From contig CAVTUQ010000019.1 in NCBI GenBank assembly GCA_963737905.1, positions 136,837-200,836 of the forward strand: a stretch of 64,000 bases of DNA. The letters are read 5' to 3'. The DNA is from an uncultured delta proteobacterium. Its GTDB lineage: Bacteria > Desulfobacterota > Binatia > UBA9968. The position numbers and the translations under genes are program-made. Below are positions 30,359 through 44,643 of the stretch, in pieces. The first letter of the stretch is position 1; each line of letters begins with the position of its first letter. Under the pieces are notes generated by a model. The model had not been told where the DNA came from and ran no database searches. It saw nothing but the letters and a program-made list of their open reading frames with translations.

Positions 30359-30511
30359 TCATACGCGACCCATAACGAGCAGTAGGATCAATACGAGTAA
30401 AATAAGCCCCAGACCACCGCTCGGGTAATAACCCCAGCCCGAGCTATAGGGCCATGTCGGCAATGCTCCGACCAGAAGCAAAACGAGGATGATCAACAAG
30501 ATTGTTCCCAT
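30359..30511 (-). CDS. DUF3309-family small membrane protein (50 aa)
   Basis: MGTILLIILVLLLVGALPTWPYSSGWGYYPSGGLGLILLVLILLLVMGRV, preceded by a GGAGG RBS. The longer ORF-track start was rejected. Confidence 0.7.
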   Translation of the reverse strand: MGTILLIILVLLLVGALPTWPYSSGWGYYPSGGLGLILLVLILLLVMGRV

Positions 30512-30635
30512 AAGACCTCCTTTCCATATCTCGTCCCCATGATTTTTATTTTGGACTCGCGATAACGTGAGCACACCTCGGGCCTTCTCCACGAACTCTC
30601 CGCCTCCGCTCCCCCGGGCGGGAGAAGTCCGATGA

Positions 30636-30872
30636 TTAAATGGCTCTTGTTTTCCGGGCGGCTTCCGCATCCGTCTCCTGGCGTTCGAACCATTGGTCCG
30701 CCCAGCGGCTTACCTCTTGTTTTTTGTCGCCGTAACGGGCTTGCAAAGTTCCCTGGAACTTTTGATAGTCGCCTTCGATCTGCAGCAAATCGTCATCGGT
30801 AAATTGTCCCCATTGCTTTTTTAGCTCGCCTTTAAATTGAGTCCACCTACCCTTAAATTGATCTTTGTTCAT
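30636..30872 (-). CDS. csbD: CsbD-family general-stress protein
   Basis: MNKDQFKGRWTQFKGELKKQWGQFTDDDLLQIEGDYQKFQGTLQARYG is a textbook CsbD motif. AAGGAG RBS. Confidence 0.85.
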   Translation of the reverse strand: MNKDQFKGRWTQFKGELKKQWGQFTDDDLLQIEGDYQKFQGTLQARYGDKKQEVSRWADQWFERQETDAEAARKTRAI

Positions 30873-30937
30873 AACGGCTCCTTTCTGGTTTTGTCGTCGT
30901 GTTTTTGTTTTTTTCTACGTCTTGTGATCTCAGATTA

Positions 30938-30953
30938 CCCAAAGCATGTGCCA
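30938..30953 (-). promoter_or_regulatory. sigma-54-like -24/-12 element (TGGCAC-N5-TTGG) upstream of csbD
   Basis: The minus strand reads TGGCACATGCTTTGGG, about 65 nt upstream of the csbD ATG. The -12 is GG rather than the canonical GC. Confidence 0.3.
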
Positions 30954-31669
30954 ACCGAGCGAAGGAGGGGATCGCTGTTGTTTTGTAAAGATTTATTTCG
31001 TGCTGGATCGTGAGCGATCCATCTTTGTCCGAGCTTCGCGCACAAGGTGGAAGAAAAAAACAGACGCTAGCGTTGGATGCTCTAAACACAACTATCGCGA
31101 TGCGAGCGATGTCTATTGAGTAAGTGGATTGTCAGAAACCGGACGGAAGTTTTTCTGTGTGCTCCAGAAAGATGTTGAATAAACGGAATCCATGAAAAGT
31201 TCGTTGAGAGGAAGTTTTCGTTGTTGATGATTTCGCCTTGTGCATGATTTTTGCTGTTGTCACAGATTGCCTCCTTTTTGAATTCCTGTGCGATGAGGCG
31301 ATGGTGGTTTTTGTCGCCGAAAATTCAGCTGTAGATTAGAACTTTAGGGCCGCTTCTCTCTTTTTACGGGCCGCGAAGAAATAAAAGGCCGGTATTTGGC
31401 GACCTTAGAGAATAGGTTCATCAGCGGCTTAGGTTTTAAGACAAACCCATGGTATGAGAGTGGTCCGGTTTATTGTGCGCATTTTAGATACAAAATAAGT
31501 ATGATATCTAGGACAGCCACGTTGGGGAGCATTACGGTAGTGGCTAAAAATTGGGAATATTGAAAGAGGAGACCGATTTCGTTAGAGCGTATTGAAGTAG
31601 GCTCATTAGAGGTGAATAGATAGTCTATCCGACGAGCGGCTAACCCATGGCCGCAAGAGAGAAAAGCCA

Positions 31670-33127
31670 ATGAGTAAAGAAAACGGACAGCCCCTGAGAG
31701 CGGGAAAACTGTTAGTGGTCGATGACGACAGCAATCTCGTGGAGCTTGTTTCTATGAAGCTTCAGGCGGCGAACTATGAGGTGGCCACCGCCCTTAAGGA
31801 GGAAGAGGCCCTCAAAGCCGCCACCAGCGATGTCTTTGACCTTTGTATTGTCGATCTTAAGCTTTCCGGGCGAAACGGGATCTCTCTAATGACGGAACTG
31901 CACTCGGTCAACCCCGAGATGCCGGTCATTATACTGACCGGTCATGCCAGCGTGGAAAGCGCTGTGGAGGCGATGAAGAAGGGGGCCTACAGCTACCTGA
32001 CCAAACCCTTTAACACCCCCGAACTATTGTTACAGATCGAGCGGGCGTTGGAGAACCGCCGGCTGAACTCTGAGATCCAAAGACTGAAGGAGCTTTTGGA
32101 GGAGCGATACGATTTTACGAACATCATTGCGAGAAGTGAAGGGATGCGAAAGGTCCTCGACGTGGTCTCGCGCATCGCCTGTACCGAATCGACGGTATTT
32201 CTGCAGGGGGAGAGCGGCACGGGCAAGGAAATCGTGGCCAAGGCCATCCATCTCGCGAGTTCACGGAAAAATAAACCCTTTGTGGCCATCAATTGTGCGG
32301 CCCTGCCCGCAACCTTGCTCGAAAGCGAGCTTTTCGGTCATGAAAAAGGGTCGTTCACGGGCGCCAACCGAAGCACGAAGGGCCTGCTCAGCCAGGCCGA
32401 TGGAGGCACGATCTTCTTGGATGAAATCGGCGATATGCCGGCTTCCCTTCAGGCTAAACTCTTGCGCGTGTTGCAGGAGCGTGAATTTTATCCCGTGGGC
32501 AGCGAGAAGCCGGTTCAAGTCGATGTCCGCATCATCACCGCCACCAATAAGGATCTGCAGGCTGAGGTCAAAGAAGGCCATTTCCGCGAGGATTTGTTTT
32601 ACCGGCTTCACGTGATTCCGATTCATCTGCCGCCGCTTCGCGAGCGAAAGGAAGATATCCCGCATTTGGCCAACCATTTTCTAAAAATCATTTCCCAGCA
32701 GATGAAAAAAGAGGTCAAGGGTATTACCCCCCAAGCGATGCAGAAGCTCATGCTTCACGATTGGCCGGGCAACGTCCGGGAACTGGAAAATTGCTTGGAA
32801 TATGCCGTGGCGATGACCCCCCTGGATACGATTACCGAAGAGTTTGTCCTCCAGACCCGGCCCTCTACCCCGGCGCTATCCCCGCAACAAGAAACCGGCC
32901 CCCAGATGCACATCGCGCTCAACGGGCCGGTCAAATCTTACAGGGATGCCCGCTATCTATTTGAAAGGGATTATCTGGTTAGGCTCCTGGAGCTTTGCGG
33001 CGGCAAAGCCAGCGAGGCGGCAAAACTTGCCGGCAAGTGCCGCACCGACTTCTATGAGCTACTTCGAAAACACGAGATCAAGATCGAAAATTTCAAGGCC
33101 GCCCCCAACGTAGCCCATACGGAGTGA
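31670..33127 (+). CDS. sigma-54-dependent response regulator (NtrC family: REC + AAA+ + Fis-HTH)
   Basis: LLVVDDDSNL receiver, Walker A GESGTGKE, GAFTGA-like loop GSFTGA, Walker B GTIFLDEIG, and a C-terminal HTH. Confidence 0.9.
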   Translation: MSKENGQPLRAGKLLVVDDDSNLVELVSMKLQAANYEVATALKEEEALKAATSDVFDLCIVDLKLSGRNGISLMTELHSVNPEMPVIILTGHASVESAVEAMKKGAYSYLTKPFNTPELLLQIERALENRRLNSEIQRLKELLEERYDFTNIIARSEGMRKVLDVVSRIACTESTVFLQGESGTGKEIVAKAIHLASSRKNKPFVAINCAALPATLLESELFGHEKGSFTGANRSTKGLLSQADGGTIFLDEIGDMPASLQAKLLRVLQEREFYPVGSEKPVQVDVRIITATNKDLQAEVKEGHFREDLFYRLHVIPIHLPPLRERKEDIPHLANHFLKIISQQMKKEVKGITPQAMQKLMLHDWPGNVRELENCLEYAVAMTPLDTITEEFVLQTRPSTPALSPQQETGPQMHIALNGPVKSYRDARYLFERDYLVRLLELCGGKASEAAKLAGKCRTDFYELLRKHEIKIENFKAAPNVAHTE

Positions 33128-33146
33128 CGCTCACGGAACCTCGGCG

Positions 33147-35315
33147 TTAAACGGAATTGGTTTCCAGGTCTTTCGCTTCGCCGGCCTCTTGGTGAGGCAA
33201 TCCTAACAGCGCCAGTGAGCGGGCTTCCAGCGGATATTCGGTGCCGCCGTGAATAAGCCGCTGTCGACGCTTGTTTTTCTCTTCTTTGGTGTCGAAGACG
33301 ACCTGCCAGCGCATCTTACGACGGTGCGCCGGGAGAACAAAGTTAACCGGCTCATGGTGCGCGTTCAGTAAGATCAGCAGAGTGTCATCTAAAATCCGGT
33401 TGCCGCGGGCGTCAACTTCTTCGATGGCGTCGCCGGCAAGCCGCAATCCGAGGCAGCGGGCGAATCCGTTGTTCCAATCATCGTCCGTCATTTCTTTCCC
33501 ATCCGGCTTAAACCAGGCCAGATCTTTAACCTCGGAGCCGCGGATCCTGCGTCCTTGAAAAAATACCCGGCGCCGGAGAACCGGATGTTGGTGAAACAGC
33601 CGGATCAACAACCGGGTGAATTCCAACAGGTCCCGTTTCCAGCGATCGAGCTTCCAGTCCATCCAGGAGATCTCATTGTCCTGGCAGTAAGCGTTGTTGT
33701 TGCCTTGTTGCGTGCGTCCGATCTCGTCACCCGCCAGCAGCATGGGAACCCCTTGAGAGAGAATCAAGGTCGCCAGGAAATTGCGCTGTTGGCGGGCCCG
33801 CAGAGCGATTATTTCTCTGTCGTCCGTGGGGCCTTCTGCGCCGCAATTCCAGCTTAAATTCTCATTGTGCCCGTCACGGTTCTCTTCCCCGTTGGCTTCA
33901 TTGTGTTTTTCGTTGTAGCTGACGAGATCAGCCAGGGTGAACCCGTCATGGGCAGTCACGAAGTTAATGCTCGCGTAAGGACGACGTCCGCCTCTGCCAT
34001 AGAGGTCGCTGCTCCCGGTCAGACGCATGGCCAGACCTCCGACCAACCCACCCTCGCCCTTCCAAAAACGTCGCACGGTGTCGCGATATTCCGCGTTCCA
34101 TTCGGCCCACAGAATGGGAAAGTTTCCAACTTGATACCCGCCTTCGCCTAAGTCCCAGGGTTCCGCGATCAACTTCACCTGTGATAGCACGGGATCTTGA
34201 TGAATAATGTCAAAGAACGCGCCCAGGCGATCCACGGAATGAAGCTCTCGCGCCAGGGTAGATGCCAGATCGAAGCGAAATCCATCGACGTGCATATCGA
34301 GCGCCCAGTAACGCAAGCTGTCCATAATCAGCTGCAGGGTATGCGGGTGAGTCATGTTCAACGTATTGCCGCAACCGGTGTAATCCATGTAGTAGCGACG
34401 ATCCTCAACCAGACGGTAGTAAGAGGCGTTGTCGATTCCCCGAAAGCACAGAGTGGGTCCCAGGTGGTTTCCCTCGCCGGTATGGTTGTAAACAACATCG
34501 ATGATGACCTCGATACCTTCACGATGAAGGGTCTTCACCATAGTTTTGAACTCCGCCACTTGCTCGCTGAGCACTCCCGTCGACGCATAGCGGGCGTCCG
34601 GCGCAAAAAATCCGATGGAGTTGTAGCCCCAGTAATTGGTCAGGCCTCGATCCACGAGCGATTTGTCGGCGACAAATTGATGCACCGGTATCAGTTCAAC
34701 AGCCGTGATGCCCAACGATTTGAGGTAATCGACGACGGCCGGATGGGTCAAACCGGCATAAGTGCCTCTCAGCTCTTTCGGCACTTTGGGATGCCGCGCC
34801 GTGAATCCCTTTACATGCATCTCGTAGATCAGTGTCTTGTGCCAGGGGATCCGCAGGGGGGCATCTTGTCCCCAACTGAAGGCTGCATCTACGACCACGC
34901 ACTTCGGCAACCCATCGGCACTGTCGCGCTCGTCTAAAGACAAGTCGGCTTCGGGATGTCCTATCGTATAGCCGAAGAGTGCATCGCTCCAGCGTATGGG
35001 TCCGGCAATGGACTTGGCGTAGGGATCTAAAAGAAGTTTGGCGGGGTTAAACCGGTGCCCTTCGGCGGGGCTGTACGGTCCATGCACACGATAGCCGTAG
35101 AGCTGTCCTGGCCGCGCTTCCGGCAAATAAACGTGCCATACCTGGTCGGTCTGTTCGGTCATCCGGATTCGCTGCGTCTCGCGGGTTCGGTTTTCGCCGT
35201 CGAACAGGCAAAGCTCTACACCCGTCGCATTTTCAGAGAACAGCGCAAAGTTCACGCCGGATCCGTCCCAGGTAGCTCCCAGTGGATAGGGATTGCCAGG
35301 CCATACTTTCATCAA
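33147..35315 (-). CDS. glgX: glycogen debranching enzyme
   Basis: [23 protein letters not shown]-terminus. GH13 regions [19 protein letters not shown]. Confidence 0.9.
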   Translation of the reverse strand: MMKVWPGNPYPLGATWDGSGVNFALFSENATGVELCLFDGENRTRETQRIRMTEQTDQVWHVYLPEARPGQLYGYRVHGPYSPAEGHRFNPAKLLLDPYAKSIAGPIRWSDALFGYTIGHPEADLSLDERDSADGLPKCVVVDAAFSWGQDAPLRIPWHKTLIYEMHVKGFTARHPKVPKELRGTYAGLTHPAVVDYLKSLGITAVELIPVHQFVADKSLVDRGLTNYWGYNSIGFFAPDARYASTGVLSEQVAEFKTMVKTLHREGIEVIIDVVYNHTGEGNHLGPTLCFRGIDNASYYRLVEDRRYYMDYTGCGNTLNMTHPHTLQLIMDSLRYWALDMHVDGFRFDLASTLARELHSVDRLGAFFDIIHQDPVLSQVKLIAEPWDLGEGGYQVGNFPILWAEWNAEYRDTVRRFWKGEGGLVGGLAMRLTGSSDLYGRGGRRPYASINFVTAHDGFTLADLVSYNEKHNEANGEENRDGHNENLSWNCGAEGPTDDREIIALRARQQRNFLATLILSQGVPMLLAGDEIGRTQQGNNNAYCQDNEISWMDWKLDRWKRDLLEFTRLLIRLFHQHPVLRRRVFFQGRRIRGSEVKDLAWFKPDGKEMTDDDWNNGFARCLGLRLAGDAIEEVDARGNRILDDTLLILLNAHHEPVNFVLPAHRRKMRWQVVFDTKEEKNKRRQRLIHGGTEYPLEARSLALLGLPHQEAGEAKDLETNSV

Positions 35316-35503
35316 AAACCCCCATTATTAGTTTGCGCTGTGCATCATCTTTCGGCGCGCTGAACGATCATTGTCGTGATTTCGAGACATCCGAAGGATG
35401 TTGTTCGTAGCTGTGCAAATCAAAGACCACGAACGATACTATCAAACTATCGTAGAAGACCTTCGCAACATGGGGACTCGCGGGAAAGGCGGAGTCGAAG
35501 GCG

Positions 35504-37611
35504 TTAGGGGGCGCGGCTGCGGATTTCATTGATCGCTTTTAAAATCTCCGTAACCGAATCCATTTTGCGGATCTCATCTAGCGAAAAGCGCGCTTTGCGT
35601 TTCCAGTTGGGCCGTTCCTCCCAGGTCCCGGGCACATTTTGTGGAAACGGTTCAAGCCAGAGATCTTCCAGATTCACCAGCAGCAGATAGGCATCCCCGC
35701 TCGCCAACTGAGAGAGCCAAGCGCGCAGAATCGCCAGAGGATCCGGCGATTCTCCTTCAAGCCAGCCGCGCGATTGTAAGTAGGTGGTGAGTGCTTCACG
35801 GATGGATGCGCGGTCCTGCTGCGCAATTTGCGCCTCCGGCGGGGATAGAAGTCCAAGCGCAAGCCGATCCTCAATGTCTTTGCCTTGCCAAAAGCCGGCG
35901 AAGGTCGGCGTATCATGAGTGTTCAAGCTCGCCACCGCGTCACGAGCAGCCTCTTGAAGCGCGCTCTGCGAATCGGCTGTGACGCAGAATTGGCTAACGT
36001 ACATGCCGTGGACTCGATGTTTGGCCAGGGCTGTATTGACGTACGGCGGCACGGTGCCGAGGTTCTCACCGACTATTTGGACCCGATTCCGGTGCGATTC
36101 CAGACTCAAGATCGCGTAGAATTCTTCAGCCGGATAGTGGACGTACATTCCTTCGCTGGGCCCAAAGCCGTCAGGGATCCAAAATAGACGGTGGAGTCCC
36201 ATAACATGATCCATGCGCAGCATTCCCGCATGCTGGAGATGATGCCGCAGACACGCGATATAGTAGCGATAGCCTTGCTGCCGAAGCCCATCGGGCTGCA
36301 GTGGCGGGAAACCCCAGTTCTGACCCTTGGTAAAAAAACTGTCCGGCGGCGCGCCTCCGCTTGCGTCTAAAGCAAACGCCTGGCGCTCGCGCCAGACATC
36401 GTAGCCGTCGCGGTTTACTCCCAGCGGAAAGTCGAGGTAAAGTGCCGGCCCGCCCGCTTTCATCTTTTCTGCCAGGGCCTGCATCTGTTCTTCGGCCTGC
36501 CATTGCACGTAGAGATGATACTGTTTGGCTTTTTCATCGTAGTCGCCCGCTCCCAGCGTGCCATCGCGATGGACCCCGGGCCAAAGCTCCCATGGCTTAC
36601 GCTCGCGCTCCACTTTGGCGCGAAACGCGGCGTAGTCCTGGGCTTGCGGATGAGTCTCAACGAAACGTTGGAAAGCTACTCTCCGTTTGGAAGCCCGGTG
36701 CAACAGCGTGTGAAGCAGTTCCTCAAGGATCCGGCGCTTAAGCGCCATCATTGGCCGGTATCCAATCAAAGAGCCGGCGCGTAAACGCTCGAGATCAGTT
36801 TGGAAGCCAGAGGAATGGAGCATTAAACGGGCTGCCGTATTGCGTTGGAGCTCCGTTATGCGCGTGACATCGAGATAGAATTCGTTCCAAAAAAGACGGC
36901 TTACAGGAGCATAGGGGCTCGGATTGAAAGGCTCATCGAGAAATGTCGAAAGTAAGGGCAACGTTCCCACGAAGTCTCCGCCCATTTGACCTGTAAAATC
37001 GACTAATCTTTCGAGGTCGGAAAAATTGCCGGCACCCCAGTTTTTCTCAGAGGCGAGGGCGTACAACGGACAGAAAAGACCCCAGAGTTGGGGGTTGACG
37101 GTCGATCCGCCATAGGTTTGAAAGATCGAGGACAAAACATAGGAGTCAAAGTTAAGCGCGCCAACCTGCAAATGCAGGCGATGGTAACCGAGGGGCAAGG
37201 GCCCGGGAAAAACGATCCGGCGCGCCACATAGCACACACCTTCGATGCGGCTTTCTACGGGCTTTGTTCTAAAGTCGCTCTGGCATTTGCCTTCAACGAC
37301 CTCGCCGCTTTCCAGCTCGATTCGATACCGAGGCTCCGCCGCCGCGAGCGGGCTCGGCAGTCTAAGTTTGAGCCGCAGGGGAGCGCCGTCCCAGGCGATG
37401 ACTACTGGATCAATGGCTCGCTGGATCAGAAATTGCCGGCGCTGGCGGAGCGCGCCGGCAAGATCATCCATGCGCTCTACCGGCGCGCCTAAAATGTTGA
37501 GCACGCGAAGAATGGCTTCGGGAGGCGGTCGCATCAAATGTCCGATGCCGTCGTGGAGATTAATTTGAATGTTGAAGAGGCGAGCGACGTTGTGCAGCAG
37601 TTTGCTTTCAG

Positions 37612-37615
<4 letters not shown>
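35504..37615 (-). CDS. malQ: 4-alpha-glucanotransferase (amylomaltase, GH77) with N-terminal extension
   Basis: GH77 regions [39 protein letters not shown]. Its ATG overlaps the treS stop (ATGA). Confidence 0.85.
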
Positions 37616-40989
<3,374 letters not shown>

Positions 40990-40999
40990 AGTGGTCGGC

Positions 41000-43030
41000 T
41001 CACATGAAATAATCGAAATCTTGCTCGCGCCGGACATGCGGGCGGACGCGGAAGATCTGGGCTGGCACGCTGTTGGGATCCAATTCAATGTAGTTGCGCG
41101 GGCCGTGCCAGAGATAGCGAGCGTTGGTCAAAAGATCGTGCACCTGAAAGGCCTGTTGGGGATCAAGCCCAAGTTCTTCCGATGGAAGGTCCAGCCATCC
41201 GGACTGAATGTGATGGGGATCCAAATTGACCACGACCACGATGACATTGCTCAGGTCCTCCGTGGTTTTGCTGAAGGCGATGATCTCCGGGTTGTCGATC
41301 GGGTGAAAGCGCAAGTTCCGGTCGCTCTGCAAGGCGCGGTTCTCCTTCCGTATGCGGTTCACGCGCGCGATCAATTCTCTCAAACTGCCCGATTTCTCCA
41401 AGTCCCAGCGCTTGATCTCGTACTTCTCCGAATTGAGGTATTCTTCGCTGCCGGGTTCCCGTGGAATATTTTCCCCGAGTTCAAAAGCCGCGCCGTAAAT
41501 ACCGTAGCTGGCTCCCAGGGTTGCCGCCAGCACCAGCCGGGTCATGAAAGCCGGCCGGCCGCCGAACTGAAGATATTCGGTTAAGATATCGGGTGTATTC
41601 GGCCACAGATTGGGGCGGAAAAAATCGCTGACCTCCGTCTGAGTAAGTTCGGTAAAATACTGCGTGAGCTCCGATTTCGTGTTGCGCCAGGAAAAATAAG
41701 TATAGGATTGGCTAAATCCCAGTTTGGCTAACCGGTACATCACTTTTGGGCGGGTGAAGGCCTCCGCTAAGAACAGCGCATCCGGATAGTGTTTTTTCAC
41801 TTCGCCGATGATCCACTCCCAAAAGGGAAAAGGCTTGGTGTGAGGGTTATCTACGCGGAAAATATGCACGCCCTGCTCGCACCAAAATAGCATGACGTTC
41901 TTCAGTTCGTTCCAAAGCTCCTGCCAACCTTCTGATTCGAAATCCAGTGGGTAGATATCCTGATATTTTTTGGGCGGATTTTCCGCGTATTGAATCGACC
42001 CGTCGGGACGTTTGCGAAACCACTCCGGATGCTCGGTGACATAGGGATGATCCGGCGTGCATTGAAAGGCGATGTCCAGGGCAATCTCAATGTCAAATTT
42101 TTTGGCTTCGGCGAGGAGATACTTGAAGTCCGCCAATGTCCCGAGCTGCGGGTGAATGGCGGTGTGGCCCCCTTCTTTTGCGCCGATGGCCCAGGGGCTC
42201 CCGACGTCGTCGGCGCTGGCCGCAAGCGTATTATTTTTCCCCTTACGGTAGGAGTAACCGATCGGGTGAATAGGTGGGAGATAGAGAACGTCGAAACCCA
42301 TTTCTGCGACATAGGGCAGACGCTCCGCACAGTCGCGCAAGGTACCGTGTTGGCCCGGTGTACCACTGCAGGAGCGGGGAAACAGCTCGTACCAGGTGCT
42401 AAAACGAGCTTTGCTGCGCTCGACGTTGAGCCAAAGTTCTTTGTCATAGGTGGTCGCCCAGCGCCGGTCGGGATGTTTTTTCATCAACGCCGCAAGCGCA
42501 TCATCCAGGGCGGCGGCAATCGCTTCAGATGAATTCCCGCTCAAGGCCGCCGCGAAGTTTGTTAATAACTGGCGATCTTCCCCTGCGGCGCGCTTTCCTG
42601 CCAGCTCGACGAGCGCCGCACCCGCCAACAAATCCTGTGCCACCTCTTGTCCGGCTTTCACTTTTTTGGCGAATCCCTGTCGCCACGAGTCGAACCCGTC
42701 TATCCATGCTTGCACGGTATAGCAGTAATGGCCGATATCGTTGACTTCGAACGTGCCGGTCCAGCGGTCGTTGACCAGCGGCTGCATGGGAGTCTCGGTC
42801 CAGGACGACGCTCCTTCTTTACGGTATAGGAGCAACGCCGAAAGAGTGTCATGACCATCAGCAAAGATGTCCGCCTCCACGGTGACGCGCTCCCCAACGG
42901 TCCTTTTCGCGGGAAACCGCCCGCAATCAATCTCGGGTTTGACGTTTTCAATGACGGCGCGCGAGCGGCCCTGGCCTAACCTGATCGCCGGCTGTTCGCT
43001 CGTGGATTGCAACTTCGAATCTCTTTTCAT
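41000..43030 (-). CDS. glgE: alpha-1,4-glucan:maltose-1-phosphate maltosyltransferase
   Basis: [36 protein letters not shown]-terminal domain and a GH13_3 catalytic core ([10 protein letters not shown]). Confidence 0.9.
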   Translation of the reverse strand: MKRDSKLQSTSEQPAIRLGQGRSRAVIENVKPEIDCGRFPAKRTVGERVTVEADIFADGHDTLSALLLYRKEGASSWTETPMQPLVNDRWTGTFEVNDIGHYCYTVQAWIDGFDSWRQGFAKKVKAGQEVAQDLLAGAALVELAGKRAAGEDRQLLTNFAAALSGNSSEAIAAALDDALAALMKKHPDRRWATTYDKELWLNVERSKARFSTWYELFPRSCSGTPGQHGTLRDCAERLPYVAEMGFDVLYLPPIHPIGYSYRKGKNNTLAASADDVGSPWAIGAKEGGHTAIHPQLGTLADFKYLLAEAKKFDIEIALDIAFQCTPDHPYVTEHPEWFRKRPDGSIQYAENPPKKYQDIYPLDFESEGWQELWNELKNVMLFWCEQGVHIFRVDNPHTKPFPFWEWIIGEVKKHYPDALFLAEAFTRPKVMYRLAKLGFSQSYTYFSWRNTKSELTQYFTELTQTEVSDFFRPNLWPNTPDILTEYLQFGGRPAFMTRLVLAATLGASYGIYGAAFELGENIPREPGSEEYLNSEKYEIKRWDLEKSGSLRELIARVNRIRKENRALQSDRNLRFHPIDNPEIIAFSKTTEDLSNVIVVVVNLDPHHIQSGWLDLPSEELGLDPQQAFQVHDLLTNARYLWHGPRNYIELDPNSVPAQIFRVRPHVRREQDFDYFM

Positions 43031-43236
43031 GGAAGCGTTGTTTTAGGTTAACATCCTCTTTTCTTAAGGCAACCAGGGCGCGTGATTCACTTGGGAAAAT
43101 TTTATCGGCGGGGGAAGTTATAGAGTTCAATATTTTCAAGATGCAAAGTCCTAGGATCCGAAACGAATTGAAACGTTGAACCCGGAACCGATTCGATAAT
43201 CTCAGGGCAGGCATTGAACGTTGAACCGCCCGTGGG

Positions 43237-44436
43237 TCAACCCCGGTTGGTGTCGGCGGCTGCAGGAATTTTCTTGACGAAAAGTCTAAGGGTAGAGGGA
43301 TTGAGTTCCTGCAACGTCAATTCTTTGGGGTAGCGGATGTTCTGTTCTGAGATGTTGAAGGTTCGCCGGCCCATCTCCGCCATCGAAACGTCGATAGCAA
43401 CTCTTATTTTTCTTGCGTCAAAAAGATAGAAAGCTCGGCGCGGGCCGCTAAAAGTCGCATTGACGACAGGCGGCTCGATTTCTTCAACCCGTAGATCCGC
43501 AGGGAGATTCTCCACGCTCACCGGAATCCGGTAGCTGACTTGGACCGTTTTTGAACCCGGTACGAAGATGTACCAAAAGCCGATGGCTAAGGAGAGAGAG
43601 ATGGCCTTGGCGATCCAGTTCTCTCTGAAAAACTGCAGTGAGAGATTGCTATGCTGGGCGGAAGGGAATTTCGTCCGCAAAAAGCTATCGATCACGGCGC
43701 CCAGCTGCTGCAGATTCTCGACCTCTCGAAGCTGGCCGTCTCTGGCGACGGAGATGGTGCCTCGCTCCTCGGAAACCACGATGCACAAAGCATCCGTCAA
43801 CTCGGCCAGACCCAGGGCTGCGGAGTGTCGCGTGCCGACATTGGCGAGCTGTGTGAGATTCTTCGAAAGCGGCAGATGGGCAGCGAAACGGGTGATGCAG
43901 TCTTGCTCCACTAGAACGGCCCCGTCGTGACCCGGAGAATGAGGATCGAAGATGCTCCTCAGTAACGGTCCGCTGAGTTTTCCATCGAGAGGAATGCCCC
44001 CGGTGATGTGTCGCTCGAGCGGGTCGTTGCCACGGATCACAATCAGAGCGCCGACGTGTTCCTTGGCCAGATCCGACAACGTGCGCACCAGGGTATCTGA
44101 AGTGTGGGAGCCGAGGGCCGGGACTCGTTTTCGGGCCAGACTCCAAACGGCGATTCGTTCGAAGAACTGGCGCAGCTCCTCCTGAAAGATCACGACGATC
44201 ATGATTAGGAAAATAGCGAAGAAGCCCTGAAAAACCCACGCCGTCATTTGCAGGTCGAGGTAGCGAGCGATAATGTAAATGCCTCCCAGAATAAGGATGC
44301 CGCGAACGACGAAAGCGGCCCGCGTGCGGCGCGCCCAAACGATGGCCGTGTAGAACAGCACCGCCACGAAGATGATGTCAACGATCTCCGCAAAGGTGAT
44401 GGTCGGAAACGGATTGATGATAGCGCTGTCACCCAT
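43237..44436 (-). CDS. cdaA: membrane diadenylate cyclase (CdaA/DisA_N) fused to a C-terminal YbbR-like (CdaR-type) domain
   Basis: Three N-terminal TM helices. DAC motifs HDGAVLV and GTRHSAALGLAE. An extra TM helix, then a YbbR-like beta-rich segment VQVSYRIPVSVENLPADLRVEEIEPPVVNATFSG. Confidence 0.75.
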   Translation of the reverse strand: MGDSAIINPFPTITFAEIVDIIFVAVLFYTAIVWARRTRAAFVVRGILILGGIYIIARYLDLQMTAWVFQGFFAIFLIMIVVIFQEELRQFFERIAVWSLARKRVPALGSHTSDTLVRTLSDLAKEHVGALIVIRGNDPLERHITGGIPLDGKLSGPLLRSIFDPHSPGHDGAVLVEQDCITRFAAHLPLSKNLTQLANVGTRHSAALGLAELTDALCIVVSEERGTISVARDGQLREVENLQQLGAVIDSFLRTKFPSAQHSNLSLQFFRENWIAKAISLSLAIGFWYIFVPGSKTVQVSYRIPVSVENLPADLRVEEIEPPVVNATFSGPRRAFYLFDARKIRVAIDVSMAEMGRRTFNISEQNIRYPKELTLQELNPSTLRLFVKKIPAAADTNRG

Positions 44437-44643
44437 AGCTCAAGAGTAAGGTACCACGTTTTACGGCTTGAAGAAATTACCCCCTCAGATTTCTGTCGCG
44501 TTGACTGTCGCGTCTCTTCCGTTTGCGGCTTATGCTACCTAATTTCCTAGATCGGCGGGCTTAGGATTACGATTGCGGTTAGGGTTGAGTAGCACGCCAA
44601 GGAGATGAAATAGTGGAATCGGGAATATTGGAATAGTAAAATC

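Noticed and set aside
40990-41088. N-terminal extensions proposed by the ORF track for treS (to 41088), asnS (to 52593), the M48 peptidase (to 29732), DUF3309 (to 30670), the SBP (to 4734), BON (from 46274), the alpha/beta hydrolase (from 58440) and the TIR gene (from 59923).
   Set aside because: The extensions overlap the upstream gene or a repeat and lack family similarity. Internal starts give canonical N-termini, signal peptides or lipoboxes, often behind a GGAGG-type RBS.
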